Shown in pieces: positions 26,289 to 35,751 of a stretch of DNA of 64,000 nt. The position numbers were made by a program, and so were the translations under genes. The stretch's first letter is position 1. Every line of letters begins with the position of its first letter. Source of the DNA: a virus (lineage: Duplodnaviria; Heunggongvirae; Uroviricota; Caudoviricetes); the IMG/VR virus record IMGVR_UViG_3300005527_000046, positions 1 through 64,000 of that record; one strand, 5' to 3'. The notes beneath the pieces are model-generated. The model searched no databases and was not told where the DNA came from. It saw nothing but the letters and a program-made list of their open reading frames with translations.

Positions 26289-28628
26289 AAGAGTTTCATT
26301 TCAAAAGAATTAGAGTTACAACTAAAAGCTAATAATACTGATGTTACTATTCTTTCATCTGATGATATTAGAAGAGAATTATTAGATGATTATAGTATTA
26401 ATAAATATGATCCAAGAATGCTTGAAGTGTCTTCTCAAGCTTTTAATTTGTTATATGCTAAGCTTAGAAATTACATCAGTTATCCAGTAAATAAGAAGTT
26501 TGTAATCATTGATAATACTGGTTTGAACCAACAATTTAGAACTGACATTCTTAACATCTGTAGAGATAATAATTATAAGGTTGTCTGTATCTTGTTTGAT
26601 TATAAGAACGGAGAAGACTGGTTTGTTAATGATGGTGGTGATAAGTTTGTTATTCAAAAGCATTTAGACAGATTGCAGAAACATGTGTTTAAAGAACTGA
26701 AAGCTAAAGACTATCACAAAGTTATAAGAGTCACAGATAGGATTGAAAGTGTTAATGTTACTTATATACAAGATAAGAATAACTTACTTGTAGATGGTAA
26801 TAACTACACTGTCATTGGTGATGTTCATGGTTGTGTTGATGAGTTAAAACAGCTTATTAGTAACATTAAAGATGAACATAATGTGCCAATCTTGATGGGT
26901 GATTGGATTGATAGTAAACTTGGCAGCGTAAGTTGTAATGCAGCTATTATTGATTACTTATTAGATAATCCTCAAATACTACTTGTTAAAGGTAATCATG
27001 AAGAGAACTTATATAAGAATTTAAATGACTTAACACGGGAGAAATTAGATAATAAATTCTTTAATAGTAGACAATTAATCTATGACTTTCCAGAGTATAA
27101 GACTAAGTTTATAGAACTTTATAATAGAAGTTATACTAGTATTAGAGGTCAAGGCTTTATTGTTACTCATGCTCCTTGTAAGAGTAAGTACTTGTTAACA
27201 AGTCTTAATAAGATGACTAACTTATATTATACGACTGAAGAGAAGTGTGATCTTATTAATGAGATATATACTGACAAGTATTATAATAGCTGCTGGCCTC
27301 TTCACTTATATGGTCATCTAACATTTGATAGACCTGTTAAGACTAGATTTAGTATTGGTCTTGACACTGGTGTTGGTTATGGTGGTGTGTTAACTGGTTA
27401 TAATGTTGCTACTAGAAAGTTTATTATTGTTCAATCTACCTTAGATAATAGTCTTAAACAACTTGATAATCTTACTAAGTTTAAGTATCCTGTACAAGAC
27501 TTAGAAGTTAAGTTAGATGATGATGATACTAGAAAGTTAAGTAGTTTTATCAGAAACAAGGTGCCTTATATCAGTGGAACTATGTGTCCTGCTGATAAGA
27601 CTGAAACAACCTTAGAAGATATTAAAACTGTGTTAGCCTACTATGCTTCTACTGGACAAACACAAGTGTTAATACAACCTAAATACATGGGTAGTAGAGC
27701 ACAAGTATTATTAACTAGAAATAGTTATGAGGTGTTTACTAGAAGTGGCTTTAAGTTAAAACATACACCTGAATTAGACACTGCTATACAAGCACTAGAA
27801 GATAATGTATCCAATGAGTTAATGACTTGGCTTAATAGTTTAGGGCCTTATACTTCAACATTATTAGATTGTGAGTTGATGCCTTGGTCTTATCTTGGTA
27901 AAGGTTTAATTGAGGATACATTTGAATCTTATTATTATAGTCATAAGTTACACATTGAAGCTATGATTAAACATGGTTTTTATACTGATTTAGAATCTTA
28001 TAAGATTAGTGATGATTATGTTAATAAGGTGCCATCAGCAAACAAACAAGTTGGTAATCTTAATCAATGGAGAAACACTAGTAATCTAGATAATCTAAAT
28101 ATCTTTGGCACTGAACTAGATAAGTATGCCTCAACTGAAGCACCTTACTTTGTTCCTTTTAATATTCTTAAAGTTGAGTCTGAAGATAAAATTCTTTATA
28201 GTAATAGTGAGTTTAATAGATTTAATAACTTTGAGTTGTTAAGCTTATTACAAACACCATTACATGTGGTTGATGTTAATGATTTAACAGAAGGGATAAA
28301 AGTACAAAACTTATATAGTCACCTCGAAGGTATTGTTGTTAAACCTTACTACAATATTGAAGGCCAAGCACCATATATTAAAGTTAGAAACATAGATTAT
28401 TTAAGATTAGTTTATGGTCATGACTATACTTCTAAGTTGGATAAGTTCATTGATAAGAAAAACATTAAAGGTAAACTTAGGGTGTCTATTAATGAATGGC
28501 AACTTGGTAATGCTTTATTAGATATGCATTCCTCTGAGTTTGTTGAATCTAATAAAGAGTATGTTAATACTTTAATTAGACTAATGTTTGAGTTGAAAAA
28601 AGAACAAGGACTAGATCCAAAATTATAA
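26289..28628 (+). CDS. pnkp: Pnkp exon 2: polynucleotide kinase - metallophosphoesterase phosphatase - ligase-like RNA repair enzyme (ORF track 26286..28628 with apparent TTG start)
   Basis: N-terminus aligns with T4 Pnk after the P-loop (KSFISKEL...SSDDIRREL); central GDVHGC / GDWIDS / GNHE metallophosphatase motifs; C-terminal KYMGSRA nucleotidyltransferase-like motif; no ATG start and no P-loop in this ORF. Confidence 0.65.
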   Translation, partial: KSFISKELELQLKANNTDVTILSSDDIRRELLDDYSINKYDPRMLEVSSQAFNLLYAKLRNYISYPVNKKFVIIDNTGLNQQFRTDILNICRDNNYKVVCILFDYKNGEDWFVNDGGDKFVIQKHLDRLQKHVFKELKAKDYHKVIRVTDRIESVNVTYIQDKNNLLVDGNNYTVIGDVHGCVDELKQLISNIKDEHNVPILMGDWIDSKLGSVSCNAAIIDYLLDNPQILLVKGNHEENLYKNLNDLTREKLDNKFFNSRQLIYDFPEYKTKFIELYNRSYTSIRGQGFIVTHAPCKSKYLLTSLNKMTNLYYTTEEKCDLINEIYTDKYYNSCWPLHLYGHLTFDRPVKTRFSIGLDTGVGYGGVLTGYNVATRKFIIVQSTLDNSLKQLDNLTKFKYPVQDLEVKLDDDDTRKLSSFIRNKVPYISGTMCPADKTETTLEDIKTVLAYYASTGQTQVLIQPKYMGSRAQVLLTRNSYEVFTRSGFKLKHTPELDTAIQALEDNVSNELMTWLNSLGPYTSTLLDCELMPWSYLGKGLIEDTFESYYYSHKLHIEAMIKHGFYTDLESYKISDDYVNKVPSANKQVGNLNQWRNTSNLDNLNIFGTELDKYASTEAPYFVPFNILKVESEDKILYSNSEFNRFNNFELLSLLQTPLHVVDVNDLTEGIKVQNLYSHLEGIVVKPYYNIEGQAPYIKVRNIDYLRLVYGHDYTSKLDKFIDKKNIKGKLRVSINEWQLGNALLDMHSSEFVESNKEYVNTLIRLMFELKKEQGLDPKL

Positions 28629-28662
28629 ATAATAATAATAATAATAAAGGAGAAATAACAAT

Positions 28663-28878
28663 ATGCCTTTCTGGAAAGCAAGAGTACTTGATCATGATGA
28701 TTAAGGTAGAGAGTCTGAATCTGTATACTATGTATCAGAACCAGATGAATTAGAAGCTTTACTTACTACATATGATGTTCATAGTATGAGTGATGATTTG
28801 CATGAAGGGACAGATGATGTTCCTAATGTTGATTTAAAAGAGATTAATGATGATACTGCTAGTAAATCAGGCGGCTAG
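28663..28878 (+). CDS. small acidic protein whose frame from an RBS-preceded ATG contains an in-frame TAA at 28702-28704 (MPFWKARVLDHDD*GRESE...SGG)
   Basis: AAAGGAG at 28646-28652; 13 codons, TAA, then 58 open in-frame codons to TAG with no early alternative start. Confidence 0.35.
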
Positions 28879-29199
28879 ATTAGTAACTTCTTTGGTAGGC
28901 AATAAATAAACTATTACAAGTTAGTTGTAGCAATATAATTAACTTGTAATAGCTATAATAAGGTATTAATTAATATGTATTTAATTGTGGCTGGTTTAAG
29001 TGATTTAGATGATATTGATACTGCTAAGTATGCAGATATAAACACCAATAAAAAAGGCTTCTGTTGCTATTAGGTATGCTCAAATAATGACAAGTAGAAC
29101 TGATGAAGGTACTTATGATAATGCTTTTGTTTATGAGTTAAAGAGTAATAGTATTAAATTGTTATCAGCAAGTTATAGACGTAAAGAGAATGGTTTAAT

Positions 29200-30408
29200 A
29201 TGATAATTGACGTTAATTCTAGCAACTTTAACATGTCTTACATTCTTAATAAGAATCCTAGTAGTGGCTTGCTTATTAGAGATTGTAGAAAGGGTTTTGT
29301 AGTGGGTAAGTATGTTAATCCTTTAACATATATGGCTGTCTTTGAAGAAGGTACTGGACAGGATTCCTTTGAGAAAGAAGGTAATTATTTAGTTTATAGA
29401 GGTTATTGTTCTGCTGAAGCTGCTCTTACAGTAATAACAGCATTGTTTGATTGTATTAAAAAAGATAGTAATAATAAGTATGAGGAAGGACCTTCTTTAA
29501 ATACTATTACTATTAAATGTTTAGATATTGATGTTAAACATTTATCTATATTTAACACTGAAAGCTTTAACATTACAGAGTATACAATAGCTGATAATTG
29601 TAATTTAGTACAATTAAATGTTACTAATAATAGTAGTTTAATTGATGTTTTAAGGTATACAGCTTTAATTCTATTCATGCAACTTGTTAAGGATAATGTG
29701 AGTTATCTAACACTTGATCAAGTTAATGTTTATGCTAACATCATCAAAAAAAATGACAACATTCCTTTTATTGTTAGACATAGATTTAGAGGCATTCTTG
29801 AAGATAATATGTCTAAAAAAGTAGTACCTTTATTAAATAATGATTCAATTAAACTATCTAATATTGGCAGAAATGAACAACAAAGATTTGCATTTGTAAG
29901 TCAACACATTTTATTTAAAAATAGTGTTTTAGATATTGGTTGTGGTCCTGGAAAATATATTAAAGTGTCTAAAGCTGCAAAATATGTTGGTGTAGATATA
30001 GATGAAAAGTGTATTGAAAAAGCTAAAACTAAGGCTAGCCATTTGAATGTAGATGCTTCCTTTTATACTGATTGGGCATTTGCTTTAGAACAATTAACAG
30101 AGCCTACAACAGTCCTTTTAATAGAGTTTATTGAACATATTGAAAAGGATGTAGCAATGCTTATATTAGAAAAACTTTGTTTATGTGAACAGGTTAAGCA
30201 AATACTTATTAGTACTCCTAATAAAGATTTTAATAAGCACTTTAATATTGCAGATGATGGTCTTAGGTTTGAAGACCATATCTATGAAATGACAGAAGAG
30301 GAGTTTAAAAGACTTCCTGGAAAAGATATAACTTGGGGAGATTCAGTTGATGGATGTCCTATGACTTTGTATAAAGATTTAAGATTAGAGGTAAGTATTC
30401 TTGACTAG
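29200..30408 (+). CDS. hen1: Hen1-like RNA 3'-terminal 2'-O-methyltransferase (MTase domain in C-terminal half)
   Basis: SAM motif I VLDIGCGPGKY; Hen1-specific metal-binding motifs LLIEFIEHIEKD (E-x-x-E-H) and RFEDHIYEMTEEEF (H-x-F-E-x-T-x-x-E-F); located immediately downstream of Pnkp as in bacterial Pnkp-Hen1 operons. Confidence 0.7.
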   Translation: MIIDVNSSNFNMSYILNKNPSSGLLIRDCRKGFVVGKYVNPLTYMAVFEEGTGQDSFEKEGNYLVYRGYCSAEAALTVITALFDCIKKDSNNKYEEGPSLNTITIKCLDIDVKHLSIFNTESFNITEYTIADNCNLVQLNVTNNSSLIDVLRYTALILFMQLVKDNVSYLTLDQVNVYANIIKKNDNIPFIVRHRFRGILEDNMSKKVVPLLNNDSIKLSNIGRNEQQRFAFVSQHILFKNSVLDIGCGPGKYIKVSKAAKYVGVDIDEKCIEKAKTKASHLNVDASFYTDWAFALEQLTEPTTVLLIEFIEHIEKDVAMLILEKLCLCEQVKQILISTPNKDFNKHFNIADDGLRFEDHIYEMTEEEFKRLPGKDITWGDSVDGCPMTLYKDLRLEVSILD

Positions 30409-31573
30409 TTTATTAGCATATCAACAACCAGATGGCAGTATTGATTTTAGAAGTAATGCTGCTACTTGTCCTAAGGTAAAAGCCGGCGTTTATAGAGCTT
30501 TAAATTCTATGGACAGAGGAATTTATTTAAGTCCTACAACTGAATTTAAATATCTAGATGAATACTTTCTATTAGATGAATTTGAAGAGTTAGTCTTAGA
30601 AAGTTTTAAACAGTCTAATAAGAGTTTAGCTGTTATATATCTTGGTCTTAAGGGTAGTGGAAAAACTAAAAGGGCGCATAAACTGGCCCTAGACTCAGGA
30701 ATGCCAGTGCTAATTATTGATAACTTAGATATTATTAATAGTCAACGTTGGAATGATATTGTTGGCAGTGATACATTAAATAACTGGATCATCTTTGTGG
30801 ATGAGTATGAAAAGAAGTTAGACAATGATAATTCAGTTGCCTTCTTAAATTGGCTAGACGGGTCAGTTAGTACTAAGCAATTGTTTATATTGATTGGCAA
30901 TGAACAAGCTAAGACTAAGTATAGTGATCCTCTTTTAGATAGACTCTCAAGGGTCTTATGGAAGAAAGAATTTGGCTCATTAACCAATGAGCATGTTGAA
31001 ACATTAGTAAATAAACTCTCCAAGAGAGAAGAAAAGTCTGAGTTATTAGATCTGCTTAATAATATTCCTGTGTTGTCTATGGATAATACGATGCAGATTA
31101 TTAGAATAACTAATATGTTTCCAGATAGGTCTATTGAGTCTTTACTTACTAAACTAAATATTAGCTTTAATAGTGTTGAAGAGTTTACATTTGTAGATGA
31201 GTTTTATAAACCTTTAACATATGGTGAAGATCATATTGGACTAACTATTACTAGAAGTGGTCCTATACTTAATGTTGCAAGAATTATTAGATTCTATATA
31301 GAATCTGATGATATTATAGAAAGGTTTAACCCTGAAGATAGTGATAAAAAGATCTATAGAATAAAGGTTGAAGCTCCTGCAAAGACTATTAAACTTACTA
31401 AAGTTAGTAGATTTATATATAAATTTGAAGCTCCTTATAGTGTTTGTTATAATTATACAGAGTGGGATGAAGATGCGTGGCAGCCTTCTGACAAAACTAT
31501 GACTGTATTCTTATATAAAACAATGGCCTGGAATTTATTAGCTAATCCTAATAGTAATACTTACTATATGTAG
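30401..31573 (+). CDS. P-loop NTPase (Walker A GLKGSGKTK, Walker B IIFVDEYE), translationally coupled to hen1
   Basis: Walker motifs; 8-nt overlap with upstream gene. Confidence 0.5.
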   Translation: MTSLLAYQQPDGSIDFRSNAATCPKVKAGVYRALNSMDRGIYLSPTTEFKYLDEYFLLDEFEELVLESFKQSNKSLAVIYLGLKGSGKTKRAHKLALDSGMPVLIIDNLDIINSQRWNDIVGSDTLNNWIIFVDEYEKKLDNDNSVAFLNWLDGSVSTKQLFILIGNEQAKTKYSDPLLDRLSRVLWKKEFGSLTNEHVETLVNKLSKREEKSELLDLLNNIPVLSMDNTMQIIRITNMFPDRSIESLLTKLNISFNSVEEFTFVDEFYKPLTYGEDHIGLTITRSGPILNVARIIRFYIESDDIIERFNPEDSDKKIYRIKVEAPAKTIKLTKVSRFIYKFEAPYSVCYNYTEWDEDAWQPSDKTMTVFLYKTMAWNLLANPNSNTYYM

Positions 31574-31578
31574 TAAAT

Positions 31579-31827
31579 ATGATTCAAAGACTTCCTAAGA
31601 TTGGTGAGGTTATAAAGATATATTGGTCTTCTCCTGAAGGAGAACAAAGAGCTAGAGTAATTAGTATTGTTCCTTATACAGGAAGATATTCTAATCACTT
31701 TACTCATATTATTAGACTAACTTCTAATACTAATAGAGGTTGGACTGAAATTGCTTGGAACAAAGATAAGCCTATTTGTGAGTGGTTTATACATAAAAAA
31801 ATGTATAAGCATGTTATGTGTTTCTAG
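31579..31827 (+). CDS. hypothetical protein
   Basis: ORF track. Confidence 0.4.
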   Translation: MIQRLPKIGEVIKIYWSSPEGEQRARVISIVPYTGRYSNHFTHIIRLTSNTNRGWTEIAWNKDKPICEWFIHKKMYKHVMCF

Positions 31828-32014
31828 CTTTTATTATGATCAAGCTTATTGGGTGTATAAATATTTAAATAATAGAAATATACCTTATAAGCTTGATTGT
31901 AATATTCATCTTGATGATGGCTTTCAATTGTTTGTACCAGAAGAATTTTTGTACAAGATTAGAAATGATTTGTGGTATATTGAAAGGCGGTTAGTGGAGT
32001 TAAATGATGGTTAA
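31751..32014 (+). CDS. hypothetical protein
   Basis: ORF track. Confidence 0.35.
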   Translation: MLGTKISLFVSGLYIKKCISMLCVSSFYYDQAYWVYKYLNNRNIPYKLDCNIHLDDGFQLFVPEEFLYKIRNDLWYIERRLVELNDG

Positions 32015-32540
32015 GATATATGTAATTAGTGACACTCACTTTGGTCATGAGAACAGTCTTAAGTGGCTTGATAGTGAGGGTAATAAGCTAAGACCTTTTG
32101 ATACAGTTGAAGAGCTAAACAACACTATGATTACTAATTGGAATAATACTGTTAAGCCAGAAGATCATGTGTATCATTTAGGAGATGTTGTTATTAAAAA
32201 GGAGTACTTAGAGTTAGTAAAACAACTTAATGGTCATAAGCGTCTGGTCAAAGGTAATCATGACCAACAGACCCTTAAAGAGTATATAGCTGTAGGTTTT
32301 CAAGAGATCTATGGAGTAAGAGTATTCCCTGGTTTAAAGTGTATTTTAAGTCATATACCAATACATCCAGAATGTCTAAAAGAAGACTGGATAAATGTAT
32401 CGGGCCACCTTCATTCCAACAACCTTTCTGACAGAAGATATATTAATGTTAGTGTTGAGCAGATAAATTATACTCCTGTTTTGCTAGAAGATATATTAAA
32501 ACAAAGAAGAAATGAAAATATCAATTCAAGAAGAAGTTGA
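32004..32540 (+). CDS. metallophosphoesterase (calcineurin-like)
   Basis: N-terminal IYVISDTHFGHEN and later GNHD / GHLH motifs. Confidence 0.55.
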   Translation: MMVKIYVISDTHFGHENSLKWLDSEGNKLRPFDTVEELNNTMITNWNNTVKPEDHVYHLGDVVIKKEYLELVKQLNGHKRLVKGNHDQQTLKEYIAVGFQEIYGVRVFPGLKCILSHIPIHPECLKEDWINVSGHLHSNNLSDRRYINVSVEQINYTPVLLEDILKQRRNENINSRRS

Positions 32541-32618
32541 TTTTATTTTTAGACATAGAAACAAAGCTAATTCAAAATACATTACTGTACTTTCAGAAGA
32601 TACTCAATTACACTATAA

Positions 32619-32930
32619 ATGACAAGTAATATTTATTATCATGGCAGTCCTATACTTGATCTAACATATTTAGCTGCTAATAGTTACATTACTTCTTATT
32701 TATATTTAGTTATAGTCTTTGGTAGATATCATATAAGTACAGGTAAAACATGGTGTGATAAAGATTTAATTAAGCCTTTTGATTTTATAAATAGCCCTTA
32801 TTTTAGAGAGAATTGTATATCAATGGGAATTCCAACTGTATACATGATTAAACCTAATGAAAAAGATATTGATTTTTTATCTAATCCATTTGAACATATA
32901 ATAACTGTAGACATTAAAGTAGAAAAGTAG
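32619..32930 (+). CDS. hypothetical protein
   Basis: ORF track. Confidence 0.4.
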   Translation: MTSNIYYHGSPILDLTYLAANSYITSYLYLVIVFGRYHISTGKTWCDKDLIKPFDFINSPYFRENCISMGIPTVYMIKPNEKDIDFLSNPFEHIITVDIKVEK

Positions 32931-32952
32931 AATTTTTAAATAAACCTGTTCT

Positions 32953-33714
32953 ATGCAACCTTTAAAATCATTAACATTTGTGAGAATTGGATCTGCTAAT
33001 TCTCACAAATACACTGTTAATAAGAAACAACTAAGAGCTTTTAGAACTGTTTGTAATAAGATTAATACTAGTTGGAAAGAGTTTGGCATTGAGTATGATG
33101 TTATCTCTTGGAATGATGATGTATATGATGAACATTGGTCTTATGCAGAGGGCGTTCAATATTATAAAGATAACATTGCACCACAACATCTAGTACAATA
33201 CAAAGACAAACAAGAAACTCTCATTGATGATTGGAAAGAAGCTAATAAAGACTTATATGATACTTTTTATAAAGCTAAAACGTATATTGGTTTTAGTAAA
33301 GATAGTTATCACAGTCCACCTCAAACTAGAGGTTTGTATGCTTTTCCACAATATAGATTAGAGACTTTTTTAACTCATTGGGATAGTAATAAAGTTACTA
33401 TAAAGCATTGTAATGTTGGCAAAGAAAATGAGTCTTATAGAACGAGGGTTAAAAAATATGTAACTATTAAGTATAATAAACCTACTCTTTGGTGTCATCT
33501 TATAGATGAAGCTAAGGAGTTAAAAGTGGATATTAAAGTTAATAAATATTGGGTTTTAATTAATAGTTGTGACTATTTAAAAGTGCTAGCTTTGTGGGAA
33601 AGAAGAAGGGTGAAACAACATAGAAATGAGATTAGTAATAAGTTTGGATTTATAAAACATTGCTATCAATATGGTAGTAAAGATGACCTAGAAGTATTTT
33701 TAGTAGGAGTTTAA
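32953..33714 (+). CDS. hypothetical protein
   Basis: ORF track. Confidence 0.5.
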   Translation: MQPLKSLTFVRIGSANSHKYTVNKKQLRAFRTVCNKINTSWKEFGIEYDVISWNDDVYDEHWSYAEGVQYYKDNIAPQHLVQYKDKQETLIDDWKEANKDLYDTFYKAKTYIGFSKDSYHSPPQTRGLYAFPQYRLETFLTHWDSNKVTIKHCNVGKENESYRTRVKKYVTIKYNKPTLWCHLIDEAKELKVDIKVNKYWVLINSCDYLKVLALWERRRVKQHRNEISNKFGFIKHCYQYGSKDDLEVFLVGV

Positions 33715-33716
33715 TA

Positions 33717-33983
33717 ATGTCTAAAGAGATTGATAAATATTGGCAAGAACAAATAACACATGTATTAAACAACTTGTTATTCTCTAGTATTAAGGCGGAA
33801 GATGCACCTTGTTCTAGCACTCAACATCTTGCAACTGCTATGCAGTTATTACATAGATTAGTTCCTGATTACACTATTGATGATAAAGAATGCCAAGAGG
33901 AATTAGAATGGTTATTAGAGCTTAATGATATAAAAAAGGTGATAGATAATTTAGAAACATATAATGCTAGTAAAAAGATTTAA
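33717..33983 (+). CDS. hypothetical protein
   Basis: ORF track. Confidence 0.4.
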   Translation: MSKEIDKYWQEQITHVLNNLLFSSIKAEDAPCSSTQHLATAMQLLHRLVPDYTIDDKECQEELEWLLELNDIKKVIDNLETYNASKKI

Positions 33984-34090
33984 TACATGCAACAAATACT
34001 TAATAAGTTTATAGAAAGATGGCATTTTTGTTTAGAGTATAAACAATGGTACTTAGAATATACTAGAGATAAAGGTATTAGAAGAAGACT

Positions 34091-34534
34091 ATGAACCCTA
34101 ATATATTTAAATCTAAGTTATACAGGAAGAACAACAATACCTGTCATGGTGCTCAATTAGGATGGGATTATACACCCTTATTTAAATATTTATTAAGTAA
34201 AGTGGGTCAGCCTTGGAACGATGTTTATAAGGATGTTAAGGCTAGATTAAATAGTATTATACCTATTTACTGGATGGTTAATAGATATAAAAATGTTGAT
34301 AATTTACTAGGATATATAAGGGTTGGTGAAAGCACTTATTATAGTTCTTTGTATGTTGATGAGAAGGGCTTATTACAATATGTAGATAAGAATATTAATC
34401 ACACCACCTTAGAACCTACTTGTAAGTGCTGTACTCACACTTTTAATGGTAAAAGATTTACAAAGAAGTACAAAGAAAAGAATATTTTAGATAGAGAATT
34501 TGTTGGTAATTTAGGATCTAGTATAGATATATAA
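34091..34534 (+). CDS. hypothetical protein
   Basis: ORF track. Confidence 0.45.
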   Translation: MNPNIFKSKLYRKNNNTCHGAQLGWDYTPLFKYLLSKVGQPWNDVYKDVKARLNSIIPIYWMVNRYKNVDNLLGYIRVGESTYYSSLYVDEKGLLQYVDKNINHTTLEPTCKCCTHTFNGKRFTKKYKEKNILDREFVGNLGSSIDI

Positions 34535-34537
34535 AAA

Positions 34538-34894
34538 ATGAATAATAATATAAAAGATTTACAAACGCTACAAGATAATAATGTTGATGTTAATAGCATC
34601 AAATTTTTATATAAAAGAACTAGTACTGGGGCTATTCAAATATGGGGCCAAGAGTTGCTACAAAATAAATATAGAAGTGTTATTGGTCAATTAGAAGGTA
34701 AGTTACAGGTTAGTGATTGGACCACTGCTAAGCCTAAGAACATTGGTAAAAAGAATGAAAGATTGGGGCCAGAACAAGCTAAATCTGAAGTAGATAATAA
34801 CTATACTAAGAAGTTAAAAGAAGGTTACTTTGAGTTAACAGAAGATGGTGCTCCTAGATTTGGCAAGGTTAAAGAGTTAGATAGGAAGTGTTAA
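34538..34894 (+). CDS. hypothetical protein
   Basis: ORF track. Confidence 0.45.
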   Translation: MNNNIKDLQTLQDNNVDVNSIKFLYKRTSTGAIQIWGQELLQNKYRSVIGQLEGKLQVSDWTTAKPKNIGKKNERLGPEQAKSEVDNNYTKKLKEGYFELTEDGAPRFGKVKELDRKC

Positions 34895-35065
34895 TATTAT
34901 GCCTTTATCTAGAAAACCTAATAGTCATAAAGCTAGTAGAAAATGGAAAAGATGTGGCAAGGTTATAAAGCATATATTACTGAGTGAAGGTGGGTCTAAT
35001 AAACGACCCACAAGAAAGTTAAAAGAATATATTGAAGAATTATTAGAAGAAGAAGAAGAGGAAGA

Positions 35066-35257
35066 ATGATTAAAACATTAAGACAATACATTGAAGAACT
35101 AGAAAGACTGGCAGATAAACATGGAGATGATTTGCCTGTTGTTGTTAGAGTATATGATAGGTTTAATAATTATAGAAAATACACTTATGAAGATGTGTAT
35201 AAATCAAAAGTTGTTTGTCCTAAAACTGATCCTAAAGTATTAGTAAATCCTATTTAG
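35066..35257 (+). CDS. small protein, member of a 3-copy family (LRxYIExLExxAxxxGDDLPV)
   Basis: Paralogy with 35563..35751 and 36862..37062. Confidence 0.45.
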   Translation: MIKTLRQYIEELERLADKHGDDLPVVVRVYDRFNNYRKYTYEDVYKSKVVCPKTDPKVLVNPI

Positions 35258-35260
35258 TAA

Positions 35261-35566
35261 ATGGATAATAATCTTAAAACAATAGTAGATGAATACTTTA
35301 ATAGTGTTTCTCCTCAAGAGGTGGTTAATAAATTAGAACTATTAAGAGGTCCTTGTGATGATTATTGTCCTTATATAACAGCAACTTGCTGTGGTCTACC
35401 AGAAGCTTTTGATCTATTACAAGCAGCTAAAAAAGGATTGTTTTGGGCTTGCCATAGTAATAATAAAGTGCCTTGTGTAGCAACTAATCATGATAAGTTT
35501 CCAGATAATGTTTTAATTATTACTAATGCTGAAGAATTTATTGAACTAAAGAACTATTTAAAATGA
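35261..35566 (+). CDS. hypothetical Cys-rich protein
   Basis: ORF track. Confidence 0.4.
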   Translation: MDNNLKTIVDEYFNSVSPQEVVNKLELLRGPCDDYCPYITATCCGLPEAFDLLQAAKKGLFWACHSNNKVPCVATNHDKFPDNVLIITNAEEFIELKNYLK

Positions 35567-35751
35567 CTATAACTCTTAGAAAGTATATTGAAGATTTAGA
35601 GAAGATTGCAGGAGAATTTGGAGATGATTTACCTGTATTACTTAAATTCACTCCATCTTATATACCTTATTGTCCTATTTATACAGATATTAAAGTAAGA
35701 GTTGAAAAGCCTAAAACCAACCCTACAGTAATTGTGTCAATTAAGAAATAA
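35563..35751 (+). CDS. small protein, second member of the 3-copy family
   Basis: MTITLRKYIEDLEKIAGEFGDDLPVLL vs MIKTLRQYIEELERLADKHGDDLPVVV. Confidence 0.45.
   Translation: MTITLRKYIEDLEKIAGEFGDDLPVLLKFTPSYIPYCPIYTDIKVRVEKPKTNPTVIVSIKK

Noticed and set aside
28629-28649. (AAT)7 microsatellite after the Pnkp stop
   Set aside because: Simple low-complexity repeat in an intergenic spacer. No evidence of function.
4837-31023. Short ORFs on the strand opposite to strongly supported genes (4837..5034, 5889..6161, 5985..6194, 6631..6819, 9800..10087, 11559..11827, 14323..14556, 14732..14917, 17126..17338, 22008..22241, 22650..22919, 26451..26663, 28424..28681, 29403..29678, 30742..31023)
   Set aside because: They overlap better-supported genes or tRNAs, have no RBS and are low-complexity. 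They are typical antisense artefacts of AT-rich DNA.
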